Shown piece by piece: positions 52,462 through 62,957 of a DNA stretch of 64,000 bases (position 1 is its first letter; every line of letters starts with the position of its first letter). The DNA is from Gammaproteobacteria bacterium. GTDB lineage: Bacteria > Pseudomonadota > Gammaproteobacteria > CAJXQU01. Location: positions 32,001 to 96,000 of the forward strand of contig CBDEGZ010000003.1 in NCBI GenBank assembly GCA_965238175.1. The letters are read 5' to 3'. A program made the translations under genes and the position numbers. Below the pieces are notes generated by a model. The model was not told the DNA's origin. It worked only from the letters and a program-made list of their open reading frames with translations, and did no database searches.

Positions 52462-53406
52462 ATGAATAAAAATTATTTTACTCTTTTGTTACTGCTATTT
52501 TTGTTCGGTACGAATTCGTTTGCCGGTGAGAGTGGAGCCAATCTGCAGTCACGTATTAGCAAGCTTGAACGTGCAGTTGATAATCGAGGATTGCTGAATA
52601 TTCTCAACGAATTAAAAAGTTTACAGAAAGAAGTCCGCGAACTACGTGGTGAAGCTGAGCAGCAAGCCTACACAATTGAACAGATGAAAAAACGCCAACA
52701 AAATCTTTATAATGATTTGGATCAGCGTTTGCAGGCAAGGTCTCAGCCTGGTTCTGGGCAAGAGCTTAGTGATCAAATAACCGATCCGTTAGAAAGTAAA
52801 CCTGTGCCCGTTGAAGTTGAAATAGTTGAAAGAAAGAACACGTCTGCTCCACCTGCCGTGGAAGTTTCTGTCAGAGAAAAACCAAAGATGCGTTCTGGTG
52901 AAAATTCTGCCATACAACCGGTTGAAACCTATGTGGCAAATTCGGCAAATCGAACTCGTCCAGACCAGACATCCAGTCAAAATATTGTAACGACAGATTA
53001 TCCGCAACAAACTGTTGAAATTACTAATGAATCAAATGCAGAAGAACGTTACTCCGAAGCTTTTTCATTGCTAAAAAAAGGTCAGCATAAACAAGCACGT
53101 GATCAATTCCGCAGTTTTTTGAAACAGTATCCCGACAGCCAGTATGCGGATAATGCCCAGTATTGGCTTGGTGAGGCTTACTATGCAAAGCGCGATTTCG
53201 AGTCAGCGATAAAAGAATATAAATTATTAATGAGTCACTACCCAGAAAGTGGAAAATTATCGCATGCTCAGCTGAAAATAGGCTATTGCTATGATGAGCT
53301 TGGACAAACAAATTATGCCCGCGGTGAGCTCGAAGATTTGATCTCACGTTATCCTGGTACTTCTGCGGCACATCTTGCTGAAGAACGATTATCTCGGATT
53401 CGTTAA
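52462..53406 (+). CDS. cpoB: Cell division coordinator CpoB (YbgF)
   Basis: Signal peptide, coiled coil, TPR YPDS.YADNAQYWLGE; after pal. Confidence 0.93.
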   Translation: MNKNYFTLLLLLFLFGTNSFAGESGANLQSRISKLERAVDNRGLLNILNELKSLQKEVRELRGEAEQQAYTIEQMKKRQQNLYNDLDQRLQARSQPGSGQELSDQITDPLESKPVPVEVEIVERKNTSAPPAVEVSVREKPKMRSGENSAIQPVETYVANSANRTRPDQTSSQNIVTTDYPQQTVEITNESNAEERYSEAFSLLKKGQHKQARDQFRSFLKQYPDSQYADNAQYWLGEAYYAKRDFESAIKEYKLLMSHYPESGKLSHAQLKIGYCYDELGQTNYARGELEDLISRYPGTSAAHLAEERLSRIR

Positions 53407-53442
53407 ACTAGCGTTATTAAATTTACTTTTGGATAGCGCAGC

Positions 53443-54093
53443 TTGGCTGATCAGCACACACTTCGTATAACAGAAATTTTTCTGTCCCTACAGGGGGAAT
53501 CTTCACGCGTAGGAATTCCAACCATTTTTGTACGCCTCACGGGTTGTCCTTTACGTTGTCAATATTGCGATACCACCTATGCGTTTAGTGGCGGTACGGT
53601 TATGTCGATTGAAAATATTATTGATCAAATAAAAAGTTATGACACACCCTTTGTTACAGTCACTGGAGGCGAGCCGTTGGCTCAGAAAACATGTTTAGTT
53701 TTAATGGAAAAATTATGTGACCAAGGTTTTTCAGTTTCATTAGAAACCAGTGGTGCAATAGATATTTCAAAGGTAGATCAAAGGGTCAATAAAGTGATGG
53801 ATTTGAAAACGCCCGGTTCTCTTGAAGAAGAAAAGAATGATTATCAGAACTTAGAATTTATAAGTGATCAAGATGAAATAAAGTTTGTGATTTGTAATCG
53901 CAATGATTATAACTGGTGCCGAAATATTCTAGAAAAATATAAATTGACCGATCGCTGTCAGATACTTTTTTCTCCAGTGACTGATGAGCTTAATCCTTCT
54001 GATTTAGCAGATTGGATTATTGAAGATAGATTGCCTGTCCGATTCCAAATTCAATTACATAAATTGTTATGGAAAGACGAACCTGGGCATTGA
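53443..54093 (+). CDS. queE: 7-carboxy-7-deazaguanine synthase (radical SAM)
   Basis: [32 protein letters not shown]. Confidence 0.96.
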   Translation: MADQHTLRITEIFLSLQGESSRVGIPTIFVRLTGCPLRCQYCDTTYAFSGGTVMSIENIIDQIKSYDTPFVTVTGGEPLAQKTCLVLMEKLCDQGFSVSLETSGAIDISKVDQRVNKVMDLKTPGSLEEEKNDYQNLEFISDQDEIKFVICNRNDYNWCRNILEKYKLTDRCQILFSPVTDELNPSDLADWIIEDRLPVRFQIQLHKLLWKDEPGH

Positions 54094-54094
54094 T

Positions 54095-54781
54095 ATGACA
54101 ATAATGAAAAAGCGCGCAGTTGTTTTATTATCTGGCGGATTGGACTCTTGCACGACACTTGCGATTGCGAAATCACAAGGTTTTGAATGTTATGCACTTA
54201 GTTTTGATTATGGACAACGTCATCGTGCAGAATTAGATGCTGCAAAAAAGATAGCACAATCGCTAGGGGTTTTTGATCATAAAACGTTAACCTTAAATTT
54301 AGATCAAATTGGTGGATCGGCATTAACGGACAATACTATAGACGTTCCCATAGATTCTACAGATGAAATTCCAACGACCTACGTTCCCGCACGAAATACG
54401 ATATTTCTTTCACTGGCTTTAGGTTGGGCAGAAGTTTTAGGGGCTGATGACATCTTTATTGGGGTAAACGCAGTTGACTATTCCGGTTATCCAGACTGTC
54501 GGTCAGAATTTATTCAAGCATTTGAGAAAGTCGCAAGACTAGCAACAAAAGCTGGAATTGAAGGTCACCCATTCCTAATAAACACCCCACTTATCGATCT
54601 GACTAAAGTTGAAATAATTAAAGCAGGGATAAAGTTAGGTGTCGATTACAGCATGACAGTTTCGTGTTATCAGGCTGATGATCAAGGCAAGGCTTGCGGG
54701 ATTTGCGATTCCTGCCAGTTTCGCTCTAAAGGTTTTAGAACAGCGGGTGTTAAGGATCCAACCTTATACCTACCGGTTTAG
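54095..54781 (+). CDS. queC: 7-cyano-7-deazaguanine synthase
   Basis: SGGLDS, YGQRH, TYVPARN, YPDCR, CY...CGICDSC. Confidence 0.97.
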   Translation: MTIMKKRAVVLLSGGLDSCTTLAIAKSQGFECYALSFDYGQRHRAELDAAKKIAQSLGVFDHKTLTLNLDQIGGSALTDNTIDVPIDSTDEIPTTYVPARNTIFLSLALGWAEVLGADDIFIGVNAVDYSGYPDCRSEFIQAFEKVARLATKAGIEGHPFLINTPLIDLTKVEIIKAGIKLGVDYSMTVSCYQADDQGKACGICDSCQFRSKGFRTAGVKDPTLYLPV

Positions 54782-56660
54782 CATTATCTGTTAGCAACTT
54801 TTGATTTGCAGACGCGATAATTAGAGGATCTGTTAACTGAATGTAGCCATTATAAAGTTCACGGATCCTTCTAACATATACAACTGTTTGACCACAACGA
54901 CAAAAACCAAAACGTGTTTCATTACGATTTTTAGGGTCAGCCATTTTTTGCATGGCTATTTCGACATTCCCAAACCAGCGATCAGGATCAAGATTTAATT
55001 CCTTTGCAAATTTCCGAGCATCTTGAATTCGTTCATATCCAGCATTATAAGATGCGAGAACAAACCAATTTTTTTCGATCTGCGGTAGTTCGTTGTCATA
55101 TCTCTCTCGCAATATTTGCATATATTTCAGGCCTGATTTAATACTGCTTTCCGGATCTTTTATATTAATGACACCAAGCTCTTCTGCAGTTCTTGGCATT
55201 ATCTGCATTAAACCAGTCGCCCCAGCGTAAGAACGAACACCAGGCTTGAACTTGCTTTCTTGATACATTTGGGCAACAACTAAACGCCAATCAAACTGGT
55301 ATTTTTTAGAATACTTTTTGACCAGGTGATCATAGGGTGAAATATAAAAATCTTTTGAGTATATTTCTTGTTTTTTAATTTTGTTTTCATCGAAGTTACG
55401 CTGATAGATGATATTAAAAAATTTGCTTTGAAATTCTTTTCTAAGAAATGAATTTGTGGCCCTATTTAACTCTGTGTTTTGCTGATTTACAGCCCATCTG
55501 TGTAACGGTTTGTCATTGTCGGTTGCGATAACCTTTAAATGTGGGTGAAACTCTTGTGCATAAATATAATCTCTGGCTGAGATCATCGCAACATCAAATT
55601 CATCATCAAGAAACTGTTGTAAAAACGCAGACATAGAAAGTGATTTTTCAGCATCAATCGTTGAAAAAATAAGACCTTTATCTCTTAGATGATCAACCCC
55701 TTTTTGTTGATGATCTGCGTCACGTAACATGATCTTTTTTCCATTTATGTCATGTAAACTCCTTAAGTTTAAAGAGGATTTTTTAGTAACAATAAAATTG
55801 TCTGTTGGGTAATATGGAAATGATACAGTGATACTTGATAGCCTTCGTTCAGTCGAATCAATAGCGGCTATATCTGCTTTGCCTTCATTTAACAATCTGT
55901 ACATTTCTGCTTCATCTTTGGCAATGATCAAATCTAACCACAATTTTTGAGATTTTGAGAATTTTTGTAATAATTCATATTCAAAACCAGTTAGCCTTCC
56001 ATTCTTGAGTGAATAATTTTTAAAGTCAGGCCGTGTAACAACACGAAGGCGTTTTCGTTTTTTAAGATCAGAAAGATCCTCGTGATAAATTTCTTGTAGA
56101 CTTTGGGAAAGTAAGGAACGATTGAAATGATGGTTTAGCGCATCTCTTAATCGTATGTTTTTTGATCGAGTTGTCCATATAACTGGGATATTTTCTTGTT
56201 CAGTATTGATTAATAAAGTTTTAATTACACCCCTTTCATCATCAATACTGCCGAGTAAGATATCTGCCAATCCACCCTTTAGTAGTTGTTGTCCTCGTGA
56301 TAACTTTTTTGTGGAAATATAAATAATTTCCAGATCATTTTCTATAGCAAATTCACTTAATAAATTGGATTCGAACTCATCAATTTTGCTTTCGTCGAAT
56401 AACACGCGAAGGTAACCATATTGTTTGATCGAATCTAAGTCACCTTTCCGTGGCATAAGTGGAAGAAAAGGGTTTACAAAATTAGCTTCACTTAGGTTGA
56501 TAGGTTGAATAGATTGAATAGGTTGAATAGGTTGAATAGGTTGAATAGGTTGAATAGATTGATTAGGCTGAATAGATTGATTAACTATGACAAGAAACGA
56601 CAATATTACACTTGGTAAAAATAAGTGTATAAAAGTTGATAAACGGAATATGCATCTCAA
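54750..56660 (-). CDS. MltF-like lytic transglycosylase with tandem substrate-binding domains
   Basis: GDLDSIK...LRV and [26 protein letters not shown] repeats; SLT motifs QMYQES.F, GLMQIMP, LASYNAG. Confidence 0.85.
   Translation of the reverse strand: MRCIFRLSTFIHLFLPSVILSFLVIVNQSIQPNQSIQPIQPIQPIQPIQSIQPINLSEANFVNPFLPLMPRKGDLDSIKQYGYLRVLFDESKIDEFESNLLSEFAIENDLEIIYISTKKLSRGQQLLKGGLADILLGSIDDERGVIKTLLINTEQENIPVIWTTRSKNIRLRDALNHHFNRSLLSQSLQEIYHEDLSDLKKRKRLRVVTRPDFKNYSLKNGRLTGFEYELLQKFSKSQKLWLDLIIAKDEAEMYRLLNEGKADIAAIDSTERRLSSITVSFPYYPTDNFIVTKKSSLNLRSLHDINGKKIMLRDADHQQKGVDHLRDKGLIFSTIDAEKSLSMSAFLQQFLDDEFDVAMISARDYIYAQEFHPHLKVIATDNDKPLHRWAVNQQNTELNRATNSFLRKEFQSKFFNIIYQRNFDENKIKKQEIYSKDFYISPYDHLVKKYSKKYQFDWRLVVAQMYQESKFKPGVRSYAGATGLMQIMPRTAEELGVINIKDPESSIKSGLKYMQILRERYDNELPQIEKNWFVLASYNAGYERIQDARKFAKELNLDPDRWFGNVEIAMQKMADPKNRNETRFGFCRCGQTVVYVRRIRELYNGYIQLTDPLIIASANQKLLTDNAKPVGIRLDP
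56502..56582 (-). repeat. In-frame 9-bp tandem repeat (9 units, xQP/xQS) in the MltF-like gene
   Basis: Plus-strand unit aggttgaat / agattgaat encoding [27 protein letters not shown]. Confidence 0.9.
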
Positions 56661-56782
56661 TTTAAACTTTCCCCTGTTGGATTATGTATGTCACTTTGAA
56701 GTCTCTATCGCATTTTCTATAGTTATATAGCGACATAAGAGTTAATGAACTTTAGGAGAGTAAGCAATTGAATTTCTCAAAC

Positions 56783-56809
56783 TAAAGAAATTCTCAGAAT
56801 GGCCGAAAA
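56783..56809 (+). promoter_or_regulatory. Putative sigma28 (FliA) promoter of the HDOD gene
   Basis: TAAA-15 nt-GCCGAAAA versus consensus TAAA-N15-GCCGATAA. Confidence 0.6.
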
Positions 56810-56857
56810 TTAAGATTATTAAGGATTAATTAACGTTATTAGGGACAGGTGTTATAG

Positions 56858-57760
56858 ATGCAGACTGCAACAACGGGATCACACGACCAGGCAGAGATAA
56901 TTTCACTCGAAAAACTACTTAAAGATGTAAGCGGATTAGTATCACCACCAGAAATTTGTTTCAAAGTATTCGAGTTGATAGATTCAAAACATGGAACTGC
57001 CGAGGCGCTTGGAGATGTAATATTGCAGGATCCTAATCTTACTGCAAAATTACTCAGAATCGTCAATAGTGCTTTTTATAATTTTCCTTCAAAAATTGAT
57101 ACCGTATCTCGAGCTATTGCTATCGTAGGGAGTGCTGAGCTCTATAGTTTAGTCATAGCTGTTAAGGCGGTACGTTGTTTTTCAAAAATCCCAGCCGATT
57201 TAGTAAATATCGATAGTTTCTGGCAGCATAGTTTATATACGGCATTAATTGCAAAAGACCTTGCGAAGAAGTGTAAGATCCTTCACCCAGAGCGTTTATT
57301 TATTGCTGGTTTATTGCATGATGTTGGTAGTTTGATCATTTTCAATGCGATGCCGGAAGACTCGCGAAATTTTCTCACTCGTGTAGGTGGTGATCAAGTT
57401 GCTCTAGCAGCAGCAGAAACCGAAATTTATGGTTATTCTCATGCCGATGCTGGTAGTGAATTAATGAAAATCTGGAACTTGTCTTCAGTACTGCAAGAGG
57501 CAACCAAGCTACACTATAGTCCCGATATGGCAGAAGCAGCGAGTTTTGAAACATGTGTTTTACATCTTGCAGACTCACTTGCGAACCAGACGGGAATGGG
57601 TACGTTCGCAGAAGAAGCGCCAGAGGAAGTTTTGATTGATGATTGTGTGTGGGATACTTTGAATTTGGATAAGGATTCACTCAATATTGATGAAATCTTA
57701 GGTGAAGCTGGACTTAAATTCGCTGAAATGTCGAGTATGCTTTTAGCGAAAACTTCATAA
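56858..57760 (+). CDS. Stand-alone HDOD domain protein
   Basis: QDPNLTAKLLRIVNSAFY, FWQHS, AGLLHDVG, W.L...L. Confidence 0.92.
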   Translation: MQTATTGSHDQAEIISLEKLLKDVSGLVSPPEICFKVFELIDSKHGTAEALGDVILQDPNLTAKLLRIVNSAFYNFPSKIDTVSRAIAIVGSAELYSLVIAVKAVRCFSKIPADLVNIDSFWQHSLYTALIAKDLAKKCKILHPERLFIAGLLHDVGSLIIFNAMPEDSRNFLTRVGGDQVALAAAETEIYGYSHADAGSELMKIWNLSSVLQEATKLHYSPDMAEAASFETCVLHLADSLANQTGMGTFAEEAPEEVLIDDCVWDTLNLDKDSLNIDEILGEAGLKFAEMSSMLLAKTS

Positions 57761-57776
57761 AAATATGATCAAATGC

Positions 57777-58280
57777 TCAGTTCGGGTTTTTGTAGTGAAC
57801 TTCTAATACGATATAGCTTACCTCCCCGCGCTCTGTACGGATGGTAACTTCATCGTCAATAGTCCTTTTTAATAGCGCCTTTGCTAAAGGTGAATCCAGG
57901 CTTATTGATGATTTTGCAGGATCAAATTCATCCGGCCCAACAATTCGATAAGTGACTACTTCTTCATTTTCCGTTTCAAGCACAATCCAGGCACCGAAAA
58001 AAATGTAATCATCGTTGACTTCGCGAGGCGGGACAATTTTGAGATCGGGTAGTCTTTTTTGTAAGTAATGGATACGCCGATCTATATCGCGCAACTCTTT
58101 TTTTCGATAGATATATTCAGCATTCTCAGAACGATCACCCTCTGCTGCCGCGGCGGACAATGCTTTAACCACATTGCGGCGCCGAATCCAGATTGCTTTT
58201 AGTTCTTCTTCTAATTCAATAAACCCCTCAGGCGTGATATAGGGAGAAGATTTTTCTTGAGGTGATCGCCAACGGCCCAT
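57777..58280 (-). CDS. greB: Transcription elongation factor GreB
   Basis: YITPEG, AAAEGDRSENAEYIYRKK.LR.IDRR, RIVGPDE, ISLDSPLA. Confidence 0.96.
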   Translation of the reverse strand: MGRWRSPQEKSSPYITPEGFIELEEELKAIWIRRRNVVKALSAAAAEGDRSENAEYIYRKKELRDIDRRIHYLQKRLPDLKIVPPREVNDDYIFFGAWIVLETENEEVVTYRIVGPDEFDPAKSSISLDSPLAKALLKRTIDDEVTIRTERGEVSYIVLEVHYKNPN

Positions 58281-58343
58281 TTAATTTTCCAGCAAAGAGT
58301 TATTGCGTACATTATACAATTCTAATTCAATAGATAACCGTTT

Positions 58344-58371
58344 CTTGAATGCGTGTGAACTATCCCCATAT
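58344..58371 (+). promoter_or_regulatory. Putative sigma32 promoter of rhomboid-tmcA
   Basis: CTTGAA-14 nt-CCCCATAT, consensus match, 30 bp upstream of ATG. Confidence 0.8.
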
Positions 58372-58400
58372 AAGACCAGATAGTCATTACAGAAAAAAAT

Positions 58401-59048
58401 ATGCAGCCCAACCCCCTGTTCAGTTTGAAATTTTCAGCATTGTTCCCGCTATTATTTATTGGGTTTCTATGGTTGTTTAAATCACTAGAAATATTGACGG
58501 GATTAAGCCTGACTGAATTTGGAATTTTTCCGGGAAGATTTTCGGGGATAATTGGAATTCCCTTAGCACCGCTGATCCACGGATCATTTGCACATTTGTT
58601 CGCAAATACACTCCCGCTTTTTGTCTTGGGAACGATTATGATTCATGTCTACCCTCGTTCAGCGATCCACGCTATACCCATTATTTACTTTCTGTCAGGT
58701 ATTGGTGTTTGGCTGTTTGGCCGACAGGCATACCATATCGGTGCAAGTGGGTTACTCTATGGGATGATGACATTTGTTTTTGTGATTGGCATCATACGAC
58801 GAGACAGACTACCTGTGGCCTTGTCGATGATCACGTTTTTTCTGTATGGAGGAATGGTTTGGGGCATATTTCCAGGCGATCCCTCGATTTCTTTCGAAGC
58901 ACATTTTTTCGGTGCACTGACGGGCATTGTTCTAGCGATTATAATGAAAGACCGAGATCCGAAAATACCTGAGAAACGATATGAGTGGCAAGATGAACCC
59001 AATGATATGGAAGATCCAATAATTGGCGACGAATGGCGACAGCCCTAA
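58401..59048 (+). CDS. Rhomboid family intramembrane serine protease
   Basis: HGSFAHLFAN, GASG, EAHFFG; multiple TMs. Confidence 0.92.
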   Translation: MQPNPLFSLKFSALFPLLFIGFLWLFKSLEILTGLSLTEFGIFPGRFSGIIGIPLAPLIHGSFAHLFANTLPLFVLGTIMIHVYPRSAIHAIPIIYFLSGIGVWLFGRQAYHIGASGLLYGMMTFVFVIGIIRRDRLPVALSMITFFLYGGMVWGIFPGDPSISFEAHFFGALTGIVLAIIMKDRDPKIPEKRYEWQDEPNDMEDPIIGDEWRQP

Positions 59049-61245
59049 AGATAATACTTTAACGGATATAAATCCCCCGTCTAACTTGATTAATTCGATC
59101 AAAGATCTTACTTTAAAATTAGATACCAACCGGCACCGATGTTGTTTCGTTATCGCTGGCGAAAAACGTTGGGGTCGTAATGTGGTTGATCAAATTCTTG
59201 ATCAATTTCCAACTAAGAATATCCATTGGGTTTCAAAACAAGCACCTAAAGATGTAGTTGTTATTGATCCGATGAAAATCCAAACTATTCTTGGTGAAGA
59301 AACAGATATTGTCGTATTTGATGCACTTAGTGGATTTAATCCTGATACCTTTGGTGCTGTTTCAGGTTTGATCCGTGGTGGTGGTTTATTATTACTTCTA
59401 ACACCTCTACTGGCTAAATGGAAAGATTTTTTAGATCCCGAATATCAACGGATCACTGTTTATCCAATTAAGCCATCAGAAATGACAGGAAGATTTTTGA
59501 GCAAAATATCGAATGCCATTCAAAATCATCCAGGTACCATTATTTTTGAACAGAATCAGCCTATGCCAGAGATCTCTTTCAACAGTGAACCAGCAAAAGA
59601 AATCGAAGTTAGGCAAAAAGTAGATCATAAAACAAATGATCCAATCTTTCGTACTGAAGATCAAAAACGTGCAGTAGATGCAATCATAAAAGTTGCGAAA
59701 GGTCATCGAAATAGGCCACTGGTGATTACTTCAGATCGAGGTCGTGGCAAGTCTGCGGCTTTGGGAATTGCCGCTGCAAAATTGATCAAAAACAATTTTG
59801 AAAAAATTATTGTTACCGCACCGCGTTTAGATGCAACAAAACTTATTTTTGATCATGCTGGAAAATTATTGTCCGACAAAGAATATTTTCGAGGGCAGAT
59901 CAAAGTCGGTCATTCGCTTTTAAAATTTTATGCGCCGGATGAACTGATCCGTAGCGATCAAAAAGCAACTCTTCTATTAGTTGATGAAGCCGCTGCAATT
60001 CCAGCACCGATGCTAGCCAAGTTACTTAGTCGTTTTTCACGGGTTGTTTTTGCAACGACGATTCATGGTTACGAAGGAACAGGCCGTGGTTTTGCCGTTC
60101 GTTTTAAAAAAACCTTAGACGAACAAACGCCAAGTTGGAAAGCACTGGAAATGAAAGCGGCCATTCGTTGGGCAGAAAATGATCCATTAGAAGATCTGGT
60201 TTTTAAATCTTTATTACTTGACGCCGCACCAGCAAATGAAGGTGTTGTCGAAAATTTTAGTATCACGGATTGTTCAGTTCAGTTACTTAATCGAGAAACG
60301 TTGTTAGAGGATGAAGATCTTTTATGCCAAACATTCGGCTTATTGATTAATGCCCACTATCAAACACGTCCGTCAGATTTACGTTATTTACTTGATGGAC
60401 CTAATTTGTCCGTTTTTGTGATGCAAAAGGATAGACAGGTTATTGCTACTGCATTGATTGCTAGAGAAGGTGGATTTGATCAAAAAATAGCAGCAGAAAT
60501 CACACAAGGTAAACGTCGTCCACATGGTCATTTGATTCCAGAAACACTCGCTTCACATATGGGTTTAAAGCAGGCTCCCGTTCTTGTTGGTGGGCGTATT
60601 GTCCGTATAGCGGTGCATCCGGCATTGCAACACAAGGGGTTTGGGACGATGTTGTTAGAGGAGATTAAAAATCATGCTTCTAATGTTGATCTTGATTATC
60701 TTGCAGCCTCTTTTGGAGCAACCACTGAACTGTTAGCTTTTTGGAAAAAATCTGAATATGTCCATATTCGGATCGGTGTTAAGCGTAATGCTAGCAGTGG
60801 TGAACATTCGGTTGTTGTATTTAAACCGATGAGTGAAGCAGGAGAAGAAGTTTTCGCACAAGCAAGGCAACGATTTTTTAAACAATTTCCACATCAGCTT
60901 TCCGATTCATTATCGGAGTTGGAAAGTGATCTAGCCGCATTTCTTATACAACAAAATCAAAAAGTAAAACCAACATTAGATGAAATGGATCTGGAAGATA
61001 TAAAAGCTTTTATAAGAGGCGAAAGAATTTATGAGGAATGTTCAGCAGCAATTTGGAACTTTGTTATTGTAAATTTATCGACAAAGTTAACTAATGAAAA
61101 AAACATTGAATTGCCAACGGCTGATCAAAAAGAGTTTTTGATCAAAAAAGTTTTACAAAAGAAACCATGGAACCAAGTTAGTAACTTTGGGAAAAAGTCG
61201 GCTTTAAAAAGTCTCAGGGAGTCATTACAAATATTCGATGCATAA
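59023..61245 (+). CDS. tmcA: tRNA(Met) cytidine acetyltransferase (start uncertain)
   Basis: DRGRGKSAALG, VDEAAAIP, TTIHGYEGTGRGF, AHYQTRPSDL, RIAVHP. Confidence 0.95.
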   Translation: MATNGDSPKDNTLTDINPPSNLINSIKDLTLKLDTNRHRCCFVIAGEKRWGRNVVDQILDQFPTKNIHWVSKQAPKDVVVIDPMKIQTILGEETDIVVFDALSGFNPDTFGAVSGLIRGGGLLLLLTPLLAKWKDFLDPEYQRITVYPIKPSEMTGRFLSKISNAIQNHPGTIIFEQNQPMPEISFNSEPAKEIEVRQKVDHKTNDPIFRTEDQKRAVDAIIKVAKGHRNRPLVITSDRGRGKSAALGIAAAKLIKNNFEKIIVTAPRLDATKLIFDHAGKLLSDKEYFRGQIKVGHSLLKFYAPDELIRSDQKATLLLVDEAAAIPAPMLAKLLSRFSRVVFATTIHGYEGTGRGFAVRFKKTLDEQTPSWKALEMKAAIRWAENDPLEDLVFKSLLLDAAPANEGVVENFSITDCSVQLLNRETLLEDEDLLCQTFGLLINAHYQTRPSDLRYLLDGPNLSVFVMQKDRQVIATALIAREGGFDQKIAAEITQGKRRPHGHLIPETLASHMGLKQAPVLVGGRIVRIAVHPALQHKGFGTMLLEEIKNHASNVDLDYLAASFGATTELLAFWKKSEYVHIRIGVKRNASSGEHSVVVFKPMSEAGEEVFAQARQRFFKQFPHQLSDSLSELESDLAAFLIQQNQKVKPTLDEMDLEDIKAFIRGERIYEECSAAIWNFVIVNLSTKLTNEKNIELPTADQKEFLIKKVLQKKPWNQVSNFGKKSALKSLRESLQIFDA

Positions 61246-61268
61246 AAAAACCCCGACTAGCGGGGTTC
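61244..61268 (-). terminator. Intrinsic terminator between convergent tmcA and porin genes
   Basis: aaaaaaaccccg-actag-cggggtt; U-tract on the minus strand. Confidence 0.8.
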
Positions 61269-61323
61269 CTTCCTTGACCCTGATGTTTAGGGTTTAAGTT
61301 TTTATATACAGCTTTACCACGAT

Positions 61324-62706
61324 CTACCAGTAAACCATTGCACGTAATGAAAGAGCTGATGGTTCTTTTCCATCTGCAGAATTACCTGCTCTATCAAAGT
61401 CAACAAGTTTATTCCAGGTTGCCATGAAACGGACGTTTTTGACCGGAGTCCAATTCAGGCCAATAGACAATACATCACCATCCCCACCTTCTGTTGTCCC
61501 ATCATTCAAATCCAAGTTTTCAAAACGAGCAATGGCTTGCCATGCGCCTATACCACCGCCTTTCATAAATGGGCTTTTAGGTGAAACGCCACTGAATTGA
61601 CCTTTTTTGTATTTCATGGACTCACCAGTGAAGAACCAACCTGCTTCGACAGACCAGGCACTTAGTGTGTCAGCTTGACCTGATGTATCACTATCAACAT
61701 CCCAATTTACGTATTCAGCCATTGTATAAAATGGACCGAAAACACCAATTGCTTCTAAATTGAAAGCGTTGACATTATCAACATTTGATAATGACGCACT
61801 AAAAATCCTATCACTGTCTAAGTGAGTGATAGCACGTTGCCGAACTCGAAGACTGTCATCTCGGTTATCAATATACATATATGATCCGCCGATATGTAAC
61901 AAATGGTTTTTATCTTGCAAAAACGGTGTGCCCGCTACACGAATAGAATAAGTTCGCGCACCATCTCCATCTACATGGGTTTCACCACCATCTATTTCAT
62001 CCTGGAAAGCGCCCGCATTTACCAGATAGCGATCACCATCTACACGGAAAGCTATTCCTACTTGTCGTGAAGGAGACAATACACCATCGGCAAATAATGG
62101 ACGACGTATAAACGACATATACTTCGATGAGCTAATAGAAGTCACGCCGAAAGGAACGTGATGTTGTCCAACTTTCAAATTATACTTATCACCATTACCA
62201 AACTTGCTGTTGTATGAAATCCAGCCATCTCTCAGATCAGCATCAGAACCGGCAAAATCATATTCAAGCTTTGCTTTCCAGTTTTTAAAGAATTGTGCCT
62301 GGAATCCTATACGTGCACGACGTAATTCAGAACCTTCACCAATTGCATCTACGCCGTCTTGATCAGAAGCGATTGAGTCCCAGAAAATTCGTCCAATTGG
62401 CTGAATAGAATGTTGCCCATCCTGAGATTCAATTTTGAATTTTCCTTTCATAGTTATTTTTGGAAGATTCTTAGCTGCTTCTTCGACTTTTGCCACTGCC
62501 TTGCTTGCAGCCGCATCAGCATGCTCTTGATCCGCTTTTGCACCATTAAGTAAGATCTGATATTGATCGTCAGTAATTTGTCCATTCTCATGCATGATCT
62601 TGAGCAGATTTTTTATAGTATCATTGCCGGCATGGACTGGTGCTGTAACCGTTACTGCCAAACCCAGTATCGCTCCTGAGAACAAATTGGTTATTTTATG
62701 TTTCAC
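61324..62706 (-). CDS. OprO/OprP-family phosphate-selective porin
   Basis: Signal peptide, ELRRARIG, EYDFA, SSSKY..FI.R, GWFFTGES..Y, GLNW; C-terminal W; divergent from phoBR with Pho boxes. Confidence 0.88.
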   Translation of the reverse strand: MKHKITNLFSGAILGLAVTVTAPVHAGNDTIKNLLKIMHENGQITDDQYQILLNGAKADQEHADAAASKAVAKVEEAAKNLPKITMKGKFKIESQDGQHSIQPIGRIFWDSIASDQDGVDAIGEGSELRRARIGFQAQFFKNWKAKLEYDFAGSDADLRDGWISYNSKFGNGDKYNLKVGQHHVPFGVTSISSSKYMSFIRRPLFADGVLSPSRQVGIAFRVDGDRYLVNAGAFQDEIDGGETHVDGDGARTYSIRVAGTPFLQDKNHLLHIGGSYMYIDNRDDSLRVRQRAITHLDSDRIFSASLSNVDNVNAFNLEAIGVFGPFYTMAEYVNWDVDSDTSGQADTLSAWSVEAGWFFTGESMKYKKGQFSGVSPKSPFMKGGGIGAWQAIARFENLDLNDGTTEGGDGDVLSIGLNWTPVKNVRFMATWNKLVDFDRAGNSADGKEPSALSLRAMVYW

Positions 62707-62817
62707 GTTATATCCCCTGATTAGGTTATTGTTTAATGGTAAAAAATGGTAGAAAAATCAAAATGAGTTGCACTCGCGTATTGAATGCAAAAGATATGCC
62801 TCTTGTATTTCACATGC

Positions 62818-62846
62818 GTGAAGAAAATGTGACAGTTATATGACAA
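62818..62846 (-). promoter_or_regulatory. Pho box array facing the porin gene
   Basis: Minus strand TTGTCAT-ataa-CTGTCAC-attt-TCTTCAC, 11-bp period. Confidence 0.85.
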
Positions 62847-62894
62847 AAAAATTCGACGGTGGTAAAAATGTTATGAGTTGTTTCAAATCAAAAC

Positions 62895-62923
62895 TTTTCA
62901 TCAATTTGTAACATGATTGACAT
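62895..62923 (+). promoter_or_regulatory. Pho box array facing phoB
   Basis: TTTTCAT-caat-TTGTAAC-atga-TTGACAT, 11-bp period. Confidence 0.65.
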
Positions 62924-62957
62924 CTAATTAAAGTTCATTTAGAAATTGGTGTAAAAA

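Noticed and set aside
53443-54781. 7-deazaguanine DNA-modification (dpd) defence island
   Set aside because: queE-queC sit in their usual housekeeping position after cpoB, and no dpdA/tgt-like or restriction genes are nearby.
54782-54900. tRNA gene often found after queC
   Set aside because: queC overlaps the convergent MltF-like gene; no tRNA cloverleaf or T-loop motif seen.
56502-56582. CRISPR array
   Set aside because: 9-bp units without spacers, in frame in a CDS; no cas genes.
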